Shown here in pieces: positions 46,704-53,903 of a stretch of 53,903 nucleotides of DNA (position 1 is the stretch's first letter; each line of letters starts with the position of its first letter). A model generated the notes under the pieces. The model worked only from the letters and a program-made list of their open reading frames with translations. It was not told the origin of the DNA and made no database searches. Position numbers and translations under genes: made by a program. The DNA is from Chara braunii. Taxonomy: Eukaryota > Plantae > Charophyceae. The stretch lies in assembly GCA_003427395.1 (NCBI GenBank), contig BFEA01000034.1:4908992-4962894 (forward strand), written 5' to 3'.

Positions 46704-49700
46704 ATCACTAAGGGCCAAGATAGGTAATGCTTACGACTACTGGAGTTTAAATAGGTAAGCTGACGAGAGGCCATCGGAGTTCTTCGTAGGAGGAGCCACT
46801 TATCTCTGCGTAAAGTCAATAATTCGTTGTAGCTGTGCTTGGTCTAGAAACTTCTTTTTCCAAGGATATAAGTCCAACCAGATGTAATGCCTTTGCTGTC
46901 GGCCATCGGAGAGCGTAGGTTGTAGGATCGAGCAGGTACTGTGAAACTCCATCTTAGAGTAGAGGAAGTCGGAACGATAAGGGTGAATGAGGTAATNNNN
47001 NNNNNNNNNNNNNNNNNNNNNNNNNNNNNNNNNNNNNNNNNNNNNNNNNNNNNNNNNNNNNNNNNNNNNNNNNNNNNNNNNNNNNNNNNNNNNNNNNNNN
47101 NNNNNNNNNNNNNNNNNNNNNNNNNNNNNNNNNNNNNNNNNNNNNNNNNNNNNNNNNNNNNNNNNNNNNNNNNNNNNNNNNNNNNNNNNNNNNNNNNNNN
47201 NNNNNNNNNNNNNNNNNNNNNNNNNNNNNNNNNNNNNNNNNNNNNNNNNNNNNNNNNNNNNNNNNNNNNNNNNNNNNNNNNNNNNNNNNNNNNNNNNNNN
47301 NNNNNNNNNNNNNNNNNNNNNNNNNNNNNNNNNNNNNNNNNNNNNNNNNNNNNNNNNNNNNNNNNNNNNNNNNNNNNNNNNNNNNNNNNNNNNNNNNNNN
47401 NNNNNNAAAGAGATAATGAAGGGTAGGAGAGGCGGAAAGAGAGAGGACGAAGTTGGGAGGGAGGGAAGATGGATGTGGGAGAGGTAGAGGAAAAGGAAAG
47501 GAAAGGGACGGTAGCCAGCGGGTTAGGGGGAGAGAGGTGTCAGGCGAAGGTGATCAAAGCGACAGGAAAAAAAAAACAGAGTTTGGAGAGAAGAAAGCGG
47601 GTTTGGTGGGAAGAGCGGCAGCGCGACGGTGCTGAATTCGCGAGACCGGCGCAGCCGAAAGAAGGAAACGAATGCGTACGCAGGGAATATAAATCGGGTT
47701 CTGCAGGGGAAGCCGACCTGTAGGCCGATCAGGCGCCGAAAAAGCTTGACACGGTTACCGTCTGATTGGAAACGTTTCAGACTGCTATCTTTGCAGGGCC
47801 CTCTATCTATAGGCACTTGGAAAACCCAACTTGGGCCTTGCTTCCTTTTTCCACGGCTTCATCCCGACTCTATTCCGAACCCCTTTTTTTCATCAAGAAG
47901 GGTACCCTATGTTTGCCTATTTTCAAACCATCCTGAGGACCCTGTTTCCCGCTGATATAGGATGTAGGTTCTATCAGAAGAATTGTTTCCAATGGGTCAG
48001 GCAGAATACCCAGTCCTTCCAACAATCAGCAAATTTTTCGAGAGAAGGCAGAAAGAGTATTATCAAAACAATGATATGGGTAGCCTCTCAGTCTGAGTTC
48101 CTTCTTTAGTGTAAAGAGGAAGGCCAGCTCTGCAAGAGGCATAGTGGCGAAGGTTCTAGCTCTGTGCAAAAATGAACTGATGACAGCGAGTTTTTGTTGT
48201 TTGCTAGAGAAAGAAGAGAAATCTTGAATAGCTTGAAAGGAAATAGTGTCAGATGCAAGCATAGGAGCCTGATTGCGATGAGTAGGAGCACAATGTATAC
48301 CCGTAGGTTGTGGAAAGACTTGTAGCTGGCAGCCCAAAAAATCTCATCTTCCACTGGAACTGGTTTCTTCCAAGGTCAGGTTCCTGTCGTAGCAGCTTCT
48401 GAACCGGTGCAGAATGTGGTTTGCCTTCCTTCGTGACAACTGATTCCCTTGCTTGAAACTGACAAAGATGGATACATCATCCACCAATCTTACACCATGG
48501 ATCAAAGTGCGATCCTTCCCTAGAGAACAAAGGAAGTGGAATTCGTTATACATGCATAACATGGCTGCCAGAGCAAGGCTTGAGGATTTGCCATAGGAAC
48601 TCCGACGTTCTGTTTGAGTAGTTTTTACCCTTGGCCATAACGTAAGTGTGTTGAAGATCGAAGTCGACAAAATCTTCTATTGATGTGAAGCTTATGACTT
48701 TCCAATCTATGATAGACTTACTTAACAAGAGTTTGGCTGCTTTGCCTCTCTTTTTTACCCAGACCCCGTCATACCCTTGGAACTTAAAACAGTAAGAGAA
48801 CCATCGGACTGCATCTCGGATAGAAGAATGAGGTAATCTGCTGAACATTTCCTTAACATCAAAACTTGCACTAATGAGAGCATCAAAGGTGGTGATAGAA
48901 CTGTTGATTTTGTCCAGAGTCGGCGCTAAATCCTGCATACTATACAGGTTGAAATGTGGCATTGTAGTCAAGTTCTTCACCAGTATGTTGAGACAGGCTG
49001 TGATTCGTTTGCAGGCCAGAAGAGAAGGTTCAAACGACGTAGGATAGATTGGTCGCCACTTCCGTACATCCTTATGTTTGGGAATAGCGTAACCCTTCCC
49101 TAGCTACCTTTCCTATTCCAATTGCCTATTGACCCAAAGTGGGAATCACAAAACTTTGTTCGACGTTCCTCCATAATAGTAGCCTCATCTTTATCTTTAA
49201 TAATGCAAAAACCGGGGTTTTGTAAGAACAACGTATTCATACCACGCTGGTAGTAAACAGGATAGCAGAACAATGTGTCACCGAGATTATGGTCCACGGG
49301 TACCGATACTAGGCCATCTAATAGCTCTTTCCATTTGAAGACACTTTGGGGGATGAAGGGAAGTCCACGTAAGTCTTGTAGACGGTGAGGGAGCGATGGG
49401 GTGTTATCAGGAGTTATGGGGTCAGGGGGAGGGGGAGAGGAAGAGGGAGGGGGGGAAAAAAACCGCACGAGGGGTTAATGGCAAATGAGACAGAATTGAG
49501 TGTGTGATGCTTGAAGCAGGATTTTAGTGAAATGGTTGGTATAAAGAAGGTAGGGGGTTTAGGTGTGAGAGAGGGAATGTTCTTGAGGGTGCAAAGCAGT
49601 TGTGAGCGCAGGAAGGCTGGAGTGCATGGAGAAGAAGGAGGAATGTTGCGAGAATTAAGGAGCCAAGAAGGAAGCATGGTAGAATCTTTAGATCTGAAGG

Positions 49701-50841
49701 CGATGTGTCCATTTATAGTGGGGAGCAATGAGCTGAGGAGTGCATAATTAGAGTGAGACATAAGCTTATCTGTGAGGAGGGAGGAATCAGTTGCAATGAG
49801 CTCAGAGAAGTGGCTACGAACCTTATGACAAGCGCAGAGCAAACTGGGTTGGCGTGAGAAAGACCGGGAATTGTGTAATAGTTGTGCCAAACACTTGTTT
49901 TTTGTCCATACTACGCGCATTCGGCGCGAGCGCATACTGGCTAATGAGGAGGGAATATTAGTTTCATGAATCAACCGAGCACATAGACAACGAACAGCAG
50001 ATTTGGAAAGCTTGTCAGAGTATTGGATCCGGAAAATGAGCCGTTTTCGAGGGGAGATCCCAAACTTCCGTCGAAAGGTATTGGATAAGATAGCACGCAG
50101 TGATTGTCTCGAGGCCTTCTTTGAAAAACACCTGACCACATTATATGCAATAATCAAATTATCGAATGACCATTTATACAAATTCTTCCTCTCATACGGA
50201 TGACTAAGGAAACGAGAAACAGGCATCTTCAGTGACTCAGAACGTGAGCAAAATTTCGAGACAGATTCTACCTTGAATACACATTCATTTTTGAACCACG
50301 TCATACAGTATGCTGGTCCCTGCCAAACATGCTTGTTATTACAGATGCACCAAAGACTCGTTTCAGAACCTTCCAAGAATCAGGCAAGATACAACCACCC
50401 TTCGAGACAACAGAAAAAAAATTAATGCCTAGCCGAACGCACTCATCAAAGATATGCATCAATGACATCGACGAGATACCGACCGAGGTAACAAAGAAGG
50501 CTAATCTTTGGTTACGAGGTTGTCTGCCATCTTCAAGCAGTTCATACTTAGATGTATGAGTGAGTTGCCTCTTCCTGGCCACTCTGAGCCTTTCACGCTT
50601 GCCTGGTCTGCAGTGCTTACCTTTCTTCCTTCTATTACTAGCCGCTTTACTATTCAGATAGGGAGAAGCCCAGCTAATGAGCTTAGATTCCACAAGCAGC
50701 AGGTCAGAAGTCCGGGATTTAGCACGAGGTATAGCGACGTAGTTGTGAATGTCTGCCCTTCGTAACCATGTGTACAATCTGTGGTTTCGAACAACACCCG
50801 AAGAGACGTTCAGGGAATTGGTACGATGAACATGCTCATAC

Positions 50842-51249
50842 CTATGAATCCCCCGCGGTCATGACCGCGGGGTCAATCTTGGCCCGCGGTCGGGATCCCG
50901 ACCGCCGAGGTCGGCTGCGGGCGAGGGCCGCGGTCGGAAAACTCCGACATTTTTAATTCCTAGGATAATAGGCAAAAAAAAAACAAAAAATATGGGGTTG
51001 TAGGTTTTTTTACGCTTCACAACCGTATATTTTTAGTTTTATTTTTTAACTTCGTTTTGGATTAAAAAAAACAAATGAAAAACAGAAATCCCTCAGGCAA
51101 AAGTTCTTCACTTTATTCTTTTAGTAAGAAAAATATAGGATTTTGGTTGTTTTTTATCTCAAATTTGGTAACGAGTTTTGATATGACCCCAAGGCAAAAG
51201 TTGTTCAGTTTATTGTTTTGGCATAACATATCTGTTTTTCAGATTTTTC

Positions 51250-51283
<34 letters not shown>

Positions 51284-51380
51284 ACCGCGGGCTGCGGTCA
51301 TGACCGCGGCCCGGGGGGATTCATCGTGACCGCAGTCCGCGGTCGTGCTCACGGTGACCGCGGCACGGGGGGATTCATAG
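50842..51380. mobile_element. hAT-like MITE (CTATG TIR) inside the GIY-YIG domain
   Basis: TIR CTATGAATCCCCC/GGGGGATTCATAG; TSD GCTCATAC/GCTCTGAC; removing it restores the reading frame. Confidence 0.9.
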
Positions 51381-51508
51381 GCTCTGACCACCTACGATGT
51401 AAGGATCGAGTGGTGCACCCTACATAACAATGTTTCATGAACGGGGAAATCAAACAGTACATGATGGGACTAGGAGAAGCAAGGAAATCAGTTTTGATTT
51501 CGTCCAAA

Positions 51509-51599
51509 CGCTGGTTACAAACAATGTAAGGGGTCCGGCGTTTTGGGAACGCCGGACCCCCAGGAGCAAAAAATTCCGACCGGATTTTGGCAAAAAAAG
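51509..51599 (+). mobile_element. Short hairpin-containing insertion with 21-bp TSD
   Basis: TCAGTTTTGATTTCGTYCAAA at 51488 and 51600; perfect 13-bp stem at 51530-51560. Confidence 0.8.
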
Positions 51600-51717
51600 T
51601 CAGTTTTGATTTCGTTCAAAAAATATAATATGTCCGTTTTGACGAAATGACTGTTATGCGAAGGGAGAGACATGCCTTGAGGAGAGTCCACAAAGATCCA
51701 TCGCTCAGGCAAAACCC

Positions 51718-53089
51718 CTATTCCTGCGCAATATGCTCGTCATCATCGATGTCCACGTGCTGCGTGGCTTGCACATTTAAGCCCGTCTTGCTCATCTTCT
51801 TTAGGTTCCTCAACTTCAGAGTCTTGGGCTGGGCGAGCCGGCCTTGGTTGTGGACGAAGATCGAAGGCTAGGGAAGCTCGTAATTCCACTATCTCGTTGA
51901 TGGCCTGTTCGCAAATGACAAACGTAATTCCTTCCTTACCGCAAAGGATCTACAAATCGTGCTTCTTCAGGCGTTTGAGATATTTCTTCGTCTCTTTCAA
52001 AAACTCAGCTCGCTCTGTTGTGGCGGTCTTGAAGGCGAGTCGTTCCGAGGCTCTTTTTGGTGGAGATGGTGGCAAGGTGAGATCATCCAGACCATCTTCA
52101 TGTGTCTCCTGTGCGTCCTGATCATCGTCGTCCAGAGCCTCATTCATTCTTCTTGCGAGATTGGAGCGAGGGGTACGGCCTTGCCGCACCAGCTTGGAAA
52201 TAGCCCGTTCAAATCTCTCTTTGAGGGCTTGCACCTCCATATCAGCGATTCGCTTCCCTTCTTTGACAGCATTAAACGCTTTGAGCAGCTTTTGGAAATC
52301 GTCCGAGGTAGGAGTCCCAACGCCGACGACTCTCGCCTTGCCTCTAGCAGGAGCCTCAGATGGGCTCGTGATGCATACACCAGCACCCGACCTCTTCAAA
52401 GCATTGCCCGATAGTTTCATGGTTCTGGTGAACTCCTCCATATTCTTCTTAATAGACTCATACTCACAGCGTAATGTATCGACTTGCCTTTCGAGTCGGT
52501 CCCGTTCAACCTCGATGTGAGTTGTGCGTGAAGAATCAGGTGCTGCGACATGCCTCTGCACGTCGGACTTCCCCAGAAACAACTCGCAGGCATTGTTAAT
52601 CTTGGAGCCTACGATCGTCCCGATCCGTTCTTCAAAGTCTTGTCTCTCCTTACGTTTCCTTAGTGCTTTTTCCTCTGCCTCCTTCACCTTGCGTTTCTCC
52701 TCTTCTTCCTTTAGCAGCCTTTCTTTCTCGTGGATCGCTTCTTGTCTGGCCTCCAGCTCGGACGCCATGAACTCGAATACTCTGTCCAATTTCTCCTGGT
52801 TTAGCTTCCACCAAGGTTGCTTGGGAACCATGATTTGTCCCGACGAGAAGTTAGAGTTGGGGTTTAAGTTAGCAGATTGTGTGGAAGGGGGTGGGGGTAG
52901 CGCGAGCAACGGTGCCTGCGAAGTGGAACGCATGGATGAGTTTGCAGCAGAGGGAGGCGGAGACAACGGAGGGAAAGCAGATGCTCGGGGTTGATGTGGA
53001 AAGGAAGGCTGGCGATATGGGCAGTCACGCGCGAAGTGTCTCCGCGTGTTGCAGTTGAAGCAAAACCTGGGTGTCGACATTGCCCGCAA
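51718..53089 (-). CDS. PLE ORF1: gag-like CCHC zinc knuckle, Pro-rich linker, coiled coil, acidic tail (probable premature stop at 51950)
   Basis: CFNCNTRRHFARDC = CX2CX4HX4C; E/K-rich helix; coding-like sequence continues past the TAG at 51950. Confidence 0.8.
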
Positions 53090-53903
53090 AGCAAGATGGA
53101 ATTAGATAGAATAGTTGAATCCTGCAAAAAAATTCACAAGGACAAGCGAACGTCAGAACTTGTCGAGAATTCCCGCTGGTAATGGCTTCACTGATAGGGT
53201 GGATGAGAAGGATGGAGGGGCCAAAGACAAAGACCGGAAATCGTAAAGATAGAAGGTAAGCATCAAGGAGCGAAACCAAGGAATGAATGGGCGCCGAGCA
53301 TAGACAGAGGAGGGGCGCAGGGAAGCGAATAGGGAGAAGACACGCAAAGGGTGAAATGGCGCGGAAGGACAGGGTAAGAACAAACAGAGGATGAACTAAC
53401 GTAGACAAGGGTGAATGTACGACGACTCAAAAAAGCAAGCAACAGAGTGGTATACGTCACACCAGCAATCGATAGAAGGCAAAATCTTGTAGAAAGGGCT
53501 TCGATCAAGTAAGACAGCGAGCAATGGGTTAAACGTAAAGCAAATCAGTACGGCAGATGGACGAAGGCAAATGTCGGAGAATGAGCGGACGGAGGGCGGA
53601 AATAGATAAGGGCGAATCGAGAGCAGAGGACGAAAGGGGTGGAAGAGCAGATCGAAGAGGGTAGGTAGCGTGGCACGAGCAACCAGTTACATCAATCGGA
53701 AAAAAAGGAAACCGGCAGGCAAATGATAGGTGAAGAAGAGAGCGCTCAACTGGGGGTGAAAACACAGAGGACAAAGGACAAGGAAAACGGATCAGGAACA
53801 AAGGTTGAGGAGCAAAGGGTAAAGAACAAATGATAAGGGACAAAGGACGAATGATAATGGACAGACACCCAGCAAGTTGGCAACAACCACTCGACACAGG
53901 GCC

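Larger units (their letters stand above)
48026..51673 (-). mobile_element. Penelope-like element B ORF2: N-terminal GIY-YIG, CxC..GH linker, RT (decayed)
   Basis: Reconstructed IMYCLISPFMKHCYVGCTTRSLHRRWSEH...VESKLISWASPYLN; YAIPKHKDVRKWRPI, FDVKEMFSRLPH, RLVDD, ELRLRGYP. Confidence 0.92.

Overview
Repeat-saturated eukaryotic DNA with no intact host gene. Plant-type U6 3' ends, L1/Tx1 LINEs and permuted-domain Penelope elements suggest a green-lineage genome, possibly a charophyte such as Chara (inference). The window holds several decayed L1/Tx1-clade LINEs, one 5'-inverted with a perfect 16-bp TSD. It also holds two Penelope-like elements (PLEs); one can be rebuilt as a gag-like CCHC ORF1 plus an ORF2 with an N-terminal GIY-YIG domain before the RT (Chlamys-type). 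Other contents are many hAT-like and PIF/Harbinger-like MITEs, tRNA-derived SINEs, two U6 copies and one U2 fragment, and microsatellites. Two Nextera mate-pair junction adapters mark assembly artefacts. The most interesting signals are RNA structures: a family of type III hammerhead ribozymes including a tandem array, a minimal PLE-type hammerhead, and covarying hairpin/pseudoknot modules shared by the 3' ends of several retroposon families. All coordinates were read by eye, and the boundaries of decayed elements are approximate.
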